Assembly: GCA_963803435.1 (NCBI GenBank)
Contig: CAWDML010000001.1
Location: forward strand, 2,208,001 to 2,272,000
DNA: 64,000 nt
Direction: 5' to 3'
Source: an uncultured delta proteobacterium
Lineage (GTDB): Bacteria > Myxococcota > Kuafuiibacteriia > Kuafuiibacteriales > Kuafuiibacteriaceae
The notes beneath the pieces were generated by a model that was not told where the DNA came from, made no database searches, and saw nothing but the letters and a program-made list of their open reading frames with translations. A program made the position numbers and the translations under genes. This document shows positions 33,150 to 43,143 of this stretch, in pieces; the first letter of the stretch is position 1; each line of letters opens with the position of its first letter.

Positions 33150-35309
33150 CTACTTCTTGTTCCCGCCGGTGAGGAACTTGCTCAGGAGGCCTGACCCCTT
33201 CGACGTGCTCTGCGAGCCGGGCTGTTTCTCCTGGCGCTGGTGGACCATCCGGATGCCGCGGGCCGCCTCGATGTTGTTGGGCTCGAACTCGATGCACCGC
33301 GCCCACCACTTCTTGGCCTCGCCGTAGTTCCCGCGTACGAAGCAGATCTGTCCCAGATACTGGTACGCCACCGGCAAGTTCTCTTGCTCGCCCACGGCGC
33401 GCTTGAGGTGCTGCACCGCTTCGGTGACGTGCACCTGCGAGCGCTGGTTGAGGTTGAACGTCGCCCAGCCGAGCGTCGCGAAGTAGAGCGGATCGGGGTT
33501 GAGCGTCAGCGCCTCGTCGAGCACCTGCTTGGCGCCCTTCCAGTCGCGGCGCCGCATCATCGCGATCGCCTGATCGTACAACTGCTCGGCGCGGAGGATC
33601 TCGCTGACGTCGGTCGGGAGGCCCTTCGCCTTCCGATCGATGTACACGATGTACTCCTCACGCTTCTGCTTGTCGGTGATGGTCTCGTAGGCCTCGGTGA
33701 TGCGCTGGAAGATCTCGTCGAGCTTTCGCTTCATCGAGCCGAGGTTGTGCTCGGCGTACGCGTCGGTGTGCCACTTCTTGGCCAGCTCGAAGTACGCGGC
33801 CTTGATCTGATCGAGCTCCGTCTCGTGGGTGGCCCCGAAGATCTGGAAGAAGTCCCGCGACATCACCTGATCGTGGTAGCGCTCGATCTGGGCGCGCGCG
33901 CGCTGGTCCTCGGGGTGAAAGTCGCCGTCGTCCTCGAGCCCGAGATCGACGTCCTCGGCCTCGTCCCCGAAGTTGATCATCTCGGCCGCGGCGCTGACGG
34001 CCACCTCCATCGCGGTCTCCGGCGTGATGCGCGGCAGCGCTGCCATCCCGCTGGTCACCAGGGCGAACAGCTGAGGCACCACCGTGGCGGTGTCAGAGGG
34101 GTGTTTTCGCGTGATCGAGCGATAGCTCTGGTGGCCGTCGATCTCGGACGCGATGTTCGACGCCGAGAACGTGCGACGGAAGAACGGCATCAGCCGGTCG
34201 AACTCGCGCGTCTTCAGCATGGGCACGTCCTCCTGTCCCTTGAAGAACTTGAGGATCTGCGGCGGATGAACGTGGCGCTTGATGCCGTCGAGCAGCACCG
34301 CGATGGGCTCGAACTTGCCCTCGGGCACGCGACCGATGAAGGCGTCGGTCTCGCGCCAGTGGAAGCCGCCGCTCGCCATTCCGAGCGCGAGCGGCAGGAG
34401 CTGTCCGGCCAGGAGCTTGTACGCGGTGGCCAGCTCGGCCTCGGTGATCAGCCGGAGCTCGAGCAGGCTCTGCTGGAGCGTGCGGCCCTTCTCCTTCATG
34501 TAGCGCTGGCAGCGTTCGAAGTCGGGATCGGTGATGCGGCCGCGGCGCAGCAACAGCGCGCCCACGTTCTCCCCCTCGGCGTTCGACTGCATGAAGGTGG
34601 GGTTGCCGCCGATGATGTAGATGCGGCGGTGCGTCCCCTGGTCGGTCATGTCGAGCATGCCGGTGCCGGCGTCGTAGCGGATGGTGGCCAGGACCAGCGC
34701 GGCCGGGTATTGCTCGATGGAGCCCTCCTCCGGCAGCACCGGGAAGGGGCGGCCGTGATAGATGCCGTCGATGACCTCGTGCTCGCCGGTGATCGCCTCG
34801 GACTCCGCGACGGTGGACCCGTAGGAGAGGCCCCTGGGCGCGGGGCGGCTCGTCTGGGTGGAGGGCGCCTTGGGCGCCGAGACCTCGCGCATCGAGGGCT
34901 CGGGGTCGGGCTCGACGTCGCGCAAGGCGTCTTGCACCAGGCCGCCGAGGACGTCCATGTCGAGCGGCTTCGCGAGGAACTCGAGGACCTGATACTTCTC
35001 GCGGGCTTCCACCGCCGTCTTGGGGTTCTTGAAAACCCCGCTCATCATGATGATCGGGATCTGGGCGCCGCCGGGTCGCGCCCGCACGGCCTCGGCCACC
35101 GCGAAGCCGTTCTTTCGGGGCAGGAGAAAGTCGATGATGACGAGGTGCGGCGACACCTCCTCGAGGCGCTTGATCCCTTGATCGCCGTCGACCGCCGAGA
35201 ACAACCGGTATCCCCGACCCTCGAGGTAGTCTTGGATCAGTGACCGAATGTTCTCTTCGTCGTCGACGACCAGGACTCGGTGAGGCATCGCGTCACCAGT
35301 CATTTCCAA
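33150..35309 (-). CDS. Response regulator receiver + DUF4388-like + DnaJ-like + TPR protein
   Basis: VLVVDD..D..KP receiver; G.L...LA.I.....TG.L; DFFQIFG..IKAAYFELAKKWHTD..F..ITEAYETI; C-terminal TPRs. Confidence 0.8.
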   Translation of the reverse strand: MEMTGDAMPHRVLVVDDEENIRSLIQDYLEGRGYRLFSAVDGDQGIKRLEEVSPHLVIIDFLLPRKNGFAVAEAVRARPGGAQIPIIMMSGVFKNPKTAVEAREKYQVLEFLAKPLDMDVLGGLVQDALRDVEPDPEPSMREVSAPKAPSTQTSRPAPRGLSYGSTVAESEAITGEHEVIDGIYHGRPFPVLPEEGSIEQYPAALVLATIRYDAGTGMLDMTDQGTHRRIYIIGGNPTFMQSNAEGENVGALLLRRGRITDPDFERCQRYMKEKGRTLQQSLLELRLITEAELATAYKLLAGQLLPLALGMASGGFHWRETDAFIGRVPEGKFEPIAVLLDGIKRHVHPPQILKFFKGQEDVPMLKTREFDRLMPFFRRTFSASNIASEIDGHQSYRSITRKHPSDTATVVPQLFALVTSGMAALPRITPETAMEVAVSAAAEMINFGDEAEDVDLGLEDDGDFHPEDQRARAQIERYHDQVMSRDFFQIFGATHETELDQIKAAYFELAKKWHTDAYAEHNLGSMKRKLDEIFQRITEAYETITDKQKREEYIVYIDRKAKGLPTDVSEILRAEQLYDQAIAMMRRRDWKGAKQVLDEALTLNPDPLYFATLGWATFNLNQRSQVHVTEAVQHLKRAVGEQENLPVAYQYLGQICFVRGNYGEAKKWWARCIEFEPNNIEAARGIRMVHQRQEKQPGSQSTSKGSGLLSKFLTGGNKK

Positions 35310-35357
35310 GTGACAACATCAGTCGCGTCTCCGCTGAAATACCATGCGCCAGGGACC

Positions 35358-37748
35358 TCAGTCGACATCGAGGACGAACGGCACCAGCGCCTTCGGGCGG
35401 TGGGGTGGGTCCACGCTCTGGGCGGCCACGCGCGCCAGCGCGGCACGGACGCCGTGTGGGAAGAGCACCTCCACTCCCGCCGAGGTCGGGGCCGGCGCAA
35501 AGACGCCGCTGATCAGATTGACCAGGCCCGGGAGGGGGTGGCGGTTCGGCGGGTACGTGACGAGCTCCACCTCCCGATCCGGATCGAAGCCCGCTGCGGT
35601 CTTGGCGCGCCGCACTGCGTCGACCAGCCCGCCAAACTCGTCGACGAGACCGCGCGCCTTCGCGTCGCGGCCGCTCCAGATCCGTCCCTGCGCCAGCGAC
35701 CGGACCTCGGTCTTCTTCAGGTGCCGCCCGCGGGCCACCACCTCGAGGAACTGCTGGTAGGCGTCGTCGACGGTCTTCTCCATCACCGCCCGCTCGGCCG
35801 GTGTCATCGCGTGCGCGAACGAGCCCGAGTTTGCGAGCGCGCCGCGCTGGACCGTGCCGGCGTGGATGCCCAGCTTGCCGAGGAGCTGCTCGGCGGTCAC
35901 GGTCATGGCGAAGACGCCGATCGATCCGGTCAGCGTGGTCGGCTCCGCCATGATGGTCCCCGCACCCGCCGCCACGTAGTAGCCGCCGCTGGCGGCCACG
36001 TCGCCGAAGCTCGCCACCACCGGCTTCTTCTCCTGCACGCGGACGACGGAGCGGGCGATCAGATCGGACGCGAACGAGTCCCCGCCCGGGCTGTCGACGC
36101 GCAGCACCACGGCAGCGATCGAGTCGTCCGTCCGGATCTCCTCGAGCGCCTTCACCAGCGTCCGCGCACCGACCGTGTTGCCCAGGCCGAAGGGGAGGTC
36201 CTGGGACTCTCCCCCGGCGATGGCGGCGTCGATGTGCACCACGGCGATCTTCTGGGGCGAGGCCCACCGGGGTCGCTTGGGCGCGTAGGCGTCCCCGCCC
36301 TGGAGGAAGGAGACCGAGCGCCCGTACAGCTTCTCCACGTAGGCGTCGAGCTCGTCCGGGTAGATCGACGCGTCCACCATCTTCCTGGCCAGAGCCTCGG
36401 TCGCCGTCAGCGTGCCCACGTCGATGGTCGCCATCACCTCCTCGGCGGGAATCTTGCGGCCGGCGGCGATCGCGGCCACCAGCGTCTGGTAGATCGCGTC
36501 GAGGTAGGCGCCGAGAGACTCGCGCTGTTCGACGCTCATCCCGCTGCGGGTGAATTGATCGGGCGCCGATTTGTACTTCTCCCGCTTCACCACCTCGACG
36601 GTGACACCGAGCTTCTTGAGGCCGTCCCCGAAGTACAGCACTTCGGCAGCCACGCCGTTGACGTTGAGGTTCATCGGCGGCGCGACCGCGATGGTGTCGC
36701 AGGCGGCGGCCACGAAGTACGAGACGTCGTTCGATCCGGTCAGATAGCAGTCGACGCGCCGGCCTGCCTTGTGGATCGCCTCGATGCCCGCCCGGATCTC
36801 CATGGCCTTGGCCCACCCGATCTCGAGCGGGCCGATCCGGAGGAACACCCCGTCGATGCGATCGGAGCGCGCCAGGTTGTCGAAGTACAGCGGCGCACCG
36901 CCGTAGGGCGTGACGTCGAGGGTCTGGCTGAGGAGGTTGATCTCCGGCTCGGGCACCAGGTCGCCTTCGAGCGTCACCAGCGCCACCCGCGACGGTGACA
37001 AGAGCGGCGGCTTGCGCTCCGAGTGGAAGATCAGCTCGCCCGAGACCGAGAGCTTGTCGTCCGCGGCGAAGACGGCGCTTCCAGCGCCGAAGTTTTCGAG
37101 GTTCAGCGAGAGCATGAAGACGAAGTCGAGATCGAGGTTCGCCGCCACGCCCAGCTTGACCCCATCGAACGGCTCCGCCTGCGCCAGGAAGGTGAGATCG
37201 AGCGTGTCCTTGTTGAGCGGCTCGCTCTGCGTGAGGCGCCACCGGGTCGAGACCGTGAAGCGCTCGCCGAAGGGACGGAGCGCGATCCCGAGATCCCACT
37301 CGCGGCGCTGGTAGTGCTGCGCCACGTCCCGCACCGCGGCTCCGACCGCAAGCCACCTTGCAATGCGGAGCGACGCGCCCGCGGAGAGGATCCCCTTGTC
37401 CTCCCCATCGAACGGCGCGATGTGGTCCCAGGTGAAGCCGAAGGCGCCGCGCTGTCCTCCGTAGGAGAGCCCGACCACCTCGTGGTGGGCGGTCCGATTC
37501 CCGTCGTCGTCGATGTCGAACCCCGCCCCCAGGACCAGCCCGCCGATGAGGTGGACCCCTCCGTAGGCCGCAAATCCGTCGGCGGCCCCCTGGTGCCCGT
37601 ACAGAAGACGAACCTCGGTCCCGCGGAGATAGCCGAGCCCGGCCGGGTTGAAGCGGAGCGAATAGACGTCGTCCACCTCAGCCGGGAGGCGGATTGGGAG
37701 CGGCACGGCCGGCAGCGCGAGCGCGAGCAGCCACGAAACGCCAATCAT
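35358..37748 (-). CDS. sppA: Signal peptide peptidase SppA with N-terminal beta-barrel-like extension
   Basis: KYKSA, LRVDSPGG, DVAASGGYY, TGSIGV, AQGRIWSG..A...GLVDEFGG. Confidence 0.88.
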   Translation of the reverse strand: MIGVSWLLALALPAVPLPIRLPAEVDDVYSLRFNPAGLGYLRGTEVRLLYGHQGAADGFAAYGGVHLIGGLVLGAGFDIDDDGNRTAHHEVVGLSYGGQRGAFGFTWDHIAPFDGEDKGILSAGASLRIARWLAVGAAVRDVAQHYQRREWDLGIALRPFGERFTVSTRWRLTQSEPLNKDTLDLTFLAQAEPFDGVKLGVAANLDLDFVFMLSLNLENFGAGSAVFAADDKLSVSGELIFHSERKPPLLSPSRVALVTLEGDLVPEPEINLLSQTLDVTPYGGAPLYFDNLARSDRIDGVFLRIGPLEIGWAKAMEIRAGIEAIHKAGRRVDCYLTGSNDVSYFVAAACDTIAVAPPMNLNVNGVAAEVLYFGDGLKKLGVTVEVVKREKYKSAPDQFTRSGMSVEQRESLGAYLDAIYQTLVAAIAAGRKIPAEEVMATIDVGTLTATEALARKMVDASIYPDELDAYVEKLYGRSVSFLQGGDAYAPKRPRWASPQKIAVVHIDAAIAGGESQDLPFGLGNTVGARTLVKALEEIRTDDSIAAVVLRVDSPGGDSFASDLIARSVVRVQEKKPVVASFGDVAASGGYYVAAGAGTIMAEPTTLTGSIGVFAMTVTAEQLLGKLGIHAGTVQRGALANSGSFAHAMTPAERAVMEKTVDDAYQQFLEVVARGRHLKKTEVRSLAQGRIWSGRDAKARGLVDEFGGLVDAVRRAKTAAGFDPDREVELVTYPPNRHPLPGLVNLISGVFAPAPTSAGVEVLFPHGVRAALARVAAQSVDPPHRPKALVPFVLDVD

Positions 37749-37757
37749 TCAGGGACC

Positions 37758-38384
37758 ATGGCCGCAATCAAAATTTTTGGCAACGAAGTGCGCCTCGGGC
37801 CGATAACCGCAGAGCCCGTGGTGTATTGCACGCGCGAGACGCGGCGGCGACAGCTCTGGGAGCTCCGGCGAAGGCAGCTCGAGGCCGAGGCTCGCCTCGA
37901 CGAGCAGCAGCCCCTCGGCCTCAACGACGATCCGGTCCATCCGGAACACGCGCCGACAGGCGGACATCCGAACGACTGGAAGGCGCTCGACGACCTCCAC
38001 GGGCGCCTCGCCGATCAGCACGACGCCACCACCCAGAGCCGCCGCTCCTGGGGACGCCGCCTGGTCGATCAGGATCTCCGCGAAGACGCCGAGCTCCGCT
38101 CCGACGCCGAGCGCCAGTCGCAGCGGCTCGGCCCGCGCGATCGCGTGCTCGATCCCTCGCAGAGCCTGGTGGCGGTCATGCTCTCGGCCCAGCGCGGAGA
38201 GCAGAAGGATCGCCGGCGCCGCATCACCTCCAAGAGCGGCACCACCCGCGGCAGCTCCCGCGGCCTGCTCCACCCGGGAAGCGCGTGCCCGAAGAAGGTG
38301 GAGCGCACCTCCGGTCTCGGGACCTCCCAGGCGGTGCCGTACCGCGCGAGCGCAGAGAACTCCGGCGCCCGCGTGATCGCCTAG
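37758..38384 (+). CDS. Hypothetical protein; its TAG stop coincides with the IS end
   Basis: ATG at 37758, GC3-rich frame, TAG at 38382-38384. Confidence 0.5.
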   Translation: MAAIKIFGNEVRLGPITAEPVVYCTRETRRRQLWELRRRQLEAEARLDEQQPLGLNDDPVHPEHAPTGGHPNDWKALDDLHGRLADQHDATTQSRRSWGRRLVDQDLREDAELRSDAERQSQRLGPRDRVLDPSQSLVAVMLSAQRGEQKDRRRRITSKSGTTRGSSRGLLHPGSACPKKVERTSGLGTSQAVPYRASAENSGARVIA

Positions 38385-38414
38385 GAGCGTGTAGCGCGTA
38401 AGCGCTCACGCGAG

Positions 38415-38444
38415 CCCGGTCCCGGTCCCGGTCCCGGTCCCGGT
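38415..38444 (+). repeat. (CCCGGT)5 subterminal array; inverted counterpart at about 39820-39855
   Basis: Read directly; also at about 49273-49307 and 49888-49921. Confidence 0.9.
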
Positions 38445-38449
38445 GGCGA

Positions 38450-38632
38450 TCATGCAGCCCGGCGTGCGTTCATCGACTTGATGAGGCGCGTGAGCCTCTC
38501 GACAACGCGCTTGAGCTTGGCTCTGGCGGCTTGGACCTTCTGCTCGTTGGCGAGTCGGCGCCTCGAGCAGGTGTGGAGTGAGGCGGCGCTTTCGGTGCCA
38601 GAGCGAAGTGCCATCCGGTAGAAGCGAGCCTT
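38450..38632 (-). pseudogene. Four-helix bundle protein, C-terminal fragment
   Basis: Frame not in track: KARFYRMALRSGTESAASL..RAKLKRVVERLTRLIKSMNARRAA*. Confidence 0.75.
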
Positions 38633-38633
38633 C

Positions 38634-39799
38634 GTGGCGAAGCAATACCGTTCTTGGACTCCGAGACAATCGTTCTTGCTCCCGCCGTCCCCTCTCGAGT
38701 GGCTCCCAGAAAATCATCTCGCGTACTTCGTCTTGGACGTCGTCGATGAGGTAGAGCTGAGCGCGATCGAGATCTCGATCCAGTCCAAGGACCCGCGAGG
38801 CGAGCGACCGTACTCGCCTCGAATGATGATCGCGCTGCTTCTGTACGCCTACTGCACCGGCATCTATTCGTCGCGGAGGATCGCGCGGGCGACCTACCAA
38901 GACATTCCATTCCGGGTGCTGGCTGGAGAAAGTCATCCCCACTTCACGACGATCAACGAGTTTCGGCTGGTCCACCTGGAGGCACTGAAAGCGCTCTTCC
39001 TCGAAGTCCTGAAGCTTTGCCAAAAAGCAGGTTTGGTGCGGCTCGGACACGTCGCACTCGATGGCTCGAAGGTGCAGGCGAACGCGAGCAAGCACAAGGC
39101 GATGACCTACGAGCGGATGGCCGAGGAGGAGAAGCGGCTGTCTCTCGAGATCGAAGAACTGCTGGAGCGAGCGCGCACGATCGACCAAGAGGAAGACGAG
39201 CGGCTGGGCGTTGAAGAGACTGAAGAGGACATCCCAGCGGAGCTCGCTCGCCGTGAATCCCGCCTTGCCCGCATTCGAGAAGCGAAGGCTGCGCTGGAAC
39301 AGGATGCCGCCAGGGCTCGCGCGGAGAAATTGCGCAGGCAAGCCGAAGAGCAGCAGAGCAAAGCGGATGATGCTCTTGTGGATCTGGTGGAGCAGAAGCG
39401 AGCGAGAACTCGAGCCGAGAAGGCAAGAGCGCAGGCTGACCAGCTCGAACCAACATCGAATTCTGCGACAACAATCAGATCGATGCCCACATCGCTGTTG
39501 GACGCGAACAGAACCAAGACGCGTCGACTCCGTCCTCATCAGCTTCGGAGCCCACACCTCCCTCGCTCGCTCGCAAGCGAATGCGAGACAAGTTGCAAAC
39601 GCGCGACGGCAAGGCGGTCTACGCCCGCAGGAAGAGTATCGTCGAACCGGCGCTCGGACAGATCAAAGGGGCACGAGGATTCCGCCGGTTCTCGCTCCGC
39701 TCCTTCTTCAAGGTACGAGCCGAGGGGACGCTCGTCTGCCTCACCCACAACCTGCTCAAGCTCTACCGATTGAAGCTCGCGACCGTCGCGAGCGTCTGA
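38634..39799 (+). pseudogene. IS1182-family transposase lacking the central DDE segment
   Basis: Q.FLLPPS..EWLP..HLA, PYSPRMM..LL.YAY..G..SSR.I, ALDGSKVQANASKHK; deletion near 39452; C-terminus Y..RK..VEP..GQIK..RGFRRF.LR..HNL.K. Confidence 0.88.
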
Positions 39800-39979
39800 C
39801 TCAAGGCAGCCATCTTCAGATCGGGACCCGGACCGGGACCGGGACCCGGACCGGGGTCGCGTGAGCGCTTACGCGCTACACGCTCCTAATCGTGGTCGGC
39901 TCGAATCACGATCCGTAGCGGTTGGATCGCCCGTCTTGCCCGTCATCGTCATCGGGCGCGCGGTGCCTTTCGTCTTCCC

Positions 39980-40039
39980 GATGGACTCGAGGACTTCGGC
40001 TGCAAGTGCAAGCAGCTCGATGGCGCACTTGTAAACGTC
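39980..40039 (-). pseudogene. Possible four-helix bundle protein N-terminal fragment flanked by short repeats
   Basis: DVYKCAIELLALAAEVLESI resembles the first helix (LDVY..A.E) of the family; GTCGTCGTCGTGATCGTGA upstream, GATGACGATGACG downstream. Confidence 0.45.
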
Positions 40040-40097
40040 GTCTCACGATCACGACGACGACCGCCCAGCTCCAGCGTGCGCGGAAGCGACTTGAACC

Positions 40098-41510
40098 CTA
40101 CCCGTCCGCGCGCTTCTTCTCGAACCTCTCCAGCACCTCGGCCAGCGTCAGCTTCCCCAGCTCCCGCTCCAGCACCACCTCGGCGCTGAGAAGCGTCTCG
40201 CCCACGAAGACGGAGAGGGCGTCCTCGCCGATGAGATGGGGATCGAAGTGCACGCGCCCGCCCGCGCGCATGACCTGGACCACGTCGGCGACCGAGATCC
40301 GATCGAGCGGCCGGCCCGGGACGAAGCCCGTGTCCGATTCGACCAGCAGCTTCGACTGGACCAGCTCGTTGAGGACCTGGCGGGCCAGGCGAGGCGGGAT
40401 CAACAGGTGGTTGACCAGGTGATCGGTCGGGACCGGGCCCGCGCCGTGCTCGTAGGCCCGCGACACCGCCATCAGCAGGCGCGCCGCCAGGAACTCGCGG
40501 TTCCGCTGCGGTACCTTGCGCTGCTTCTCGTGCTCGGGCTCGTAGGTCGCGTGTGACTGCGACGCGAACGTCAGCTGCGCGCCGAGCAGCGCGACGATCC
40601 AGCTGACGTAGATCCAGAGTATGAACAGCGGCACCGCGCCGAGCGAGCCGTAGATCGCCGAGTACGTGATCGCGTGCGCTGCGTAGATCGCGTACAGCTT
40701 CTGGGCCGTCACCCAGAGCGCGCCGGCCACCATCCCGCCCACAGCCGCGTAGCGGACCGGCACCTTGGTGTTGGGCATGACCGCGTAGAGGAAGGTGAAG
40801 AAGATGAACGCCAGGAGTAGCGGGACAATGCCGGCCATCAGCGTCAGGGCCGGGGCCTTCTCCGCGAGCCAGCGCACGGTCGCGTTCGCCTCCACCGCGG
40901 TCGAGATCGAGAGCGACAGCCCTAGCAGGATCGGGCCGAGCGTGATCAGCGGCCAGTAGACCTGGAAGCGTTGAAGGAGGCTGCGATCGCGCTCGAGGCC
41001 CCAGATGTCGTTGAACGACTTCTCGATGTTGGCGAGCAGCGAGATCACGGTGAACAGGAGGATGACGACGCCGAAGATCCCGATCTGGCTGGCGTGTACC
41101 TTGCTGACGAACTCGGTCAGGTACTGGGTGAGCATCTGGCGGTGACTCTCGACGGCGAGCGCGTCGACGACGAACTCGCGGAGCTTCGCCTCCACCGGCT
41201 CCAGCCCGCCGAACGCGGCGAACAGGGAGAAGATCACCGCGAGGGCCGGCACGAGCGACAGCAGGCTGACATAGGTGAGCGCCGCGGCCCGCAGCTTGAT
41301 CCGCTCGCGCCGGAAGCCGGTCACCACGATGTAGAGGATGCGCCCCAGGAGGATCGCGATCCGGAGCGTGGGTGGCGCCGGCTCCGAGAGACGGATCGAC
41401 CAGAGGTCGTGGGTCACGAACCGGCGGGTCCGCGCATAGAGGGCCGCCACGCGGCGCCGCGCGCGGGGCAGGTCCCAACGCCTGGTCCCCTTCAGCTCCC
41501 CCGCGCGCAC
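40098..41510 (-). CDS. YihY/BrkB (virulence factor) family membrane protein with C-terminal HTH
   Basis: AAALTYVSLLSLVP, IEKSFNDIW, Y..MPN, YSAIYGSLGAVP.F.LWIY.SW...L.GA. Confidence 0.88.
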   Translation of the reverse strand: MRAGELKGTRRWDLPRARRRVAALYARTRRFVTHDLWSIRLSEPAPPTLRIAILLGRILYIVVTGFRRERIKLRAAALTYVSLLSLVPALAVIFSLFAAFGGLEPVEAKLREFVVDALAVESHRQMLTQYLTEFVSKVHASQIGIFGVVILLFTVISLLANIEKSFNDIWGLERDRSLLQRFQVYWPLITLGPILLGLSLSISTAVEANATVRWLAEKAPALTLMAGIVPLLLAFIFFTFLYAVMPNTKVPVRYAAVGGMVAGALWVTAQKLYAIYAAHAITYSAIYGSLGAVPLFILWIYVSWIVALLGAQLTFASQSHATYEPEHEKQRKVPQRNREFLAARLLMAVSRAYEHGAGPVPTDHLVNHLLIPPRLARQVLNELVQSKLLVESDTGFVPGRPLDRISVADVVQVMRAGGRVHFDPHLIGEDALSVFVGETLLSAEVVLERELGKLTLAEVLERFEKKRADG

Positions 41511-41535
41511 GGCGCCATGCTATTACACAAACCTC

Positions 41536-43084
41536 ATGGCCCGCGCGATCCGGGAGCGGCCGACGGTCGACGCGCTCATGGAAGCCGTCGGAAAGGGGCG
41601 TGCCCTGGAGCCGGAGGCGGCCGAGGCCCTCGAGCGCCTGCTCGGCGTCCGCGTCAGCCTGGACGGGCTCTCGCGGCTGTTCGCGCCCGGCTTCCCCGGG
41701 ATTCGAACATTCGCGATCGAGGTCCGGGTCGCACCCGATCAGGCGGTGGAGCTCACCTTGTGTGGGATCGCGCGCGACGGGACGCCCGTGTGGTCGGGCA
41801 CGCGGGCCTTCGCCTTCGGGCGCGACGGGTCCCTCGAGATCCACCGCGGCTTCGACGAGATCGAACCCTCTTACCAGTCACGCAACATCACGGTCGATCT
41901 GATGCAGCGCGAGCTCGATCTCCTGGCGCTGGTGGATCGCGGGCACAGCTCGCGCCTCACCATCGACGCCGACGAGGTCGGCCGCTACGTGTGCGCGCTC
42001 CACGGGTTCAGCTTCGCGGACGAGACCGAGGAGGGACCGCCCGTCCGCTCGGTGCGCGCGCTGGAGCCGCCCGGCGATCGCGCGCGCGTCATCGCGGCGG
42101 CGCCGGCGTTCGTCGAGCGGATGGCGAGCCAGGTCCAGGTGGGCCGCATCGCGATCGAATCGGCCCTCGAGCAGCTCCGCAAGGCGCAGAACCCGTGGGA
42201 CCTGGCGCGTGCGGTCCTCCCAGGCGAGGAGCCGGAGCTCGCCGAGGGCGACGACGGCGAGATGGGCGTGGGCGCGCTGGGCCGCGCGTTCCTGCTGGCG
42301 CACGACACGCCGGGGTGGCGGGCGGCCCTCTACCTGTACGACGACGACGAGAAGGCGCACAGGAAGCTGGGCTTCGAGTACCGCCGGCGCAAGACGCGGC
42401 GGTCCGAGTCCCGACTGGCGAGCGAGCTCCAGGAGTGCCGGGAAGCGCTGAGCGGATTCGAACCGGGTGGCCCGCATCCGCGCGCTGGAGACCCTCGAGA
42501 TGATCGCGCCCCCGTGGATCATCCCGGAGCTGCGCGCCATCGCCGAGGGCGAGGATCGCCGCGCCGCCGCCGTCGCCCGGCGTTCGATCGCGCGCATCAA
42601 CAGCACTGCCTTGCCCGACGACCTCTTGGTCTTCGCCCAGGACCGGAAGCAGGACGCAGGCCGGCGCGCCCTCGCGCTGCGGGTCCTCGCCGAGCACTTT
42701 CCCGCCCATCTCGAGGCGCACATTCCGATGATCCGGGTGGATCCGGATGCGCGGATCCAGCGGGCGGTGGTCCCACTGCTGGCACGCGACGCCGCCGAGG
42801 CGGGTCACGACCTGGCGTCGCTCCTCGCGGCCAATCCCTGGGAGGAGGGGGGCGCAGGTCGTCCGGGCCTCCTCGCGCTGCGCCTCGAGCTGGTCGAGCG
42901 GATGGCGCGGCTGCTCGACCCGCGGACCTTGCCCGTGCTGATCGCCGCCTACCGCGCACACCCGGCACCGTCTCCGCCGGAGATGCTCGCGTTGTCCCGG
43001 GCGCTGGTCGGGTTCCCAGATCCGCGCGCACAGCGGGCGCTCATGGACGTGGCGCGACGATTCGAGCGCCCCCAGATCCCTTAG
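41536..43084 (+). CDS. Hypothetical protein: GNAT-like N-terminal domain plus HEAT-like repeats; frameshift at about 42465
   Basis: IEPSYQSRNI..L.IDADEVGRYVCALHGF; then RIRALETL, RRALALRVL, DPDARIQRAVV, DPRTLPVL, DPRAQRAL in ORF 42467..43084. Confidence 0.6.
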
Positions 43085-43093
43085 GCCGGTTAC

Positions 43094-43122
43094 TTGACGC
43101 GAATGCGGCCCGATTGGACACT
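43094..43122 (+). promoter_or_regulatory. Putative sigma70 promoter TTGACG-N17-GACACT
   Basis: Exact 17-bp spacing, 21 nt upstream of ATG 43144. Confidence 0.45.
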
Positions 43123-43143
43123 GCGCGGGGTCCGGGCGAGCGA

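Larger units (their letters stand above)
38382..39888 (+). mobile_element. IS1182-family element, copy 1 (internally deleted), with four-helix-bundle passenger
   Basis: Perfect 32-bp inverted repeat TAGGAGCGTGTAGCGCGTAAGCGCTCACGCGA at 38382-38413 and 39857-39888, extended by inverted hexamer arrays. Confidence 0.9.

Noticed and set aside
33240-36998. Long antisense and alternate-frame ORFs (e.g. 33240..35243, 35280..36998)
   Set aside because: Shadow ORFs caused by stop-codon scarcity at high GC; they overlap well-supported genes and have no motifs
38415-38444. CRISPR array or Thr-Gly repeat protein
   Set aside because: Hexamer tandem with no spacers and no cas genes; the TGTGTG ORFs are shadows of the element ends
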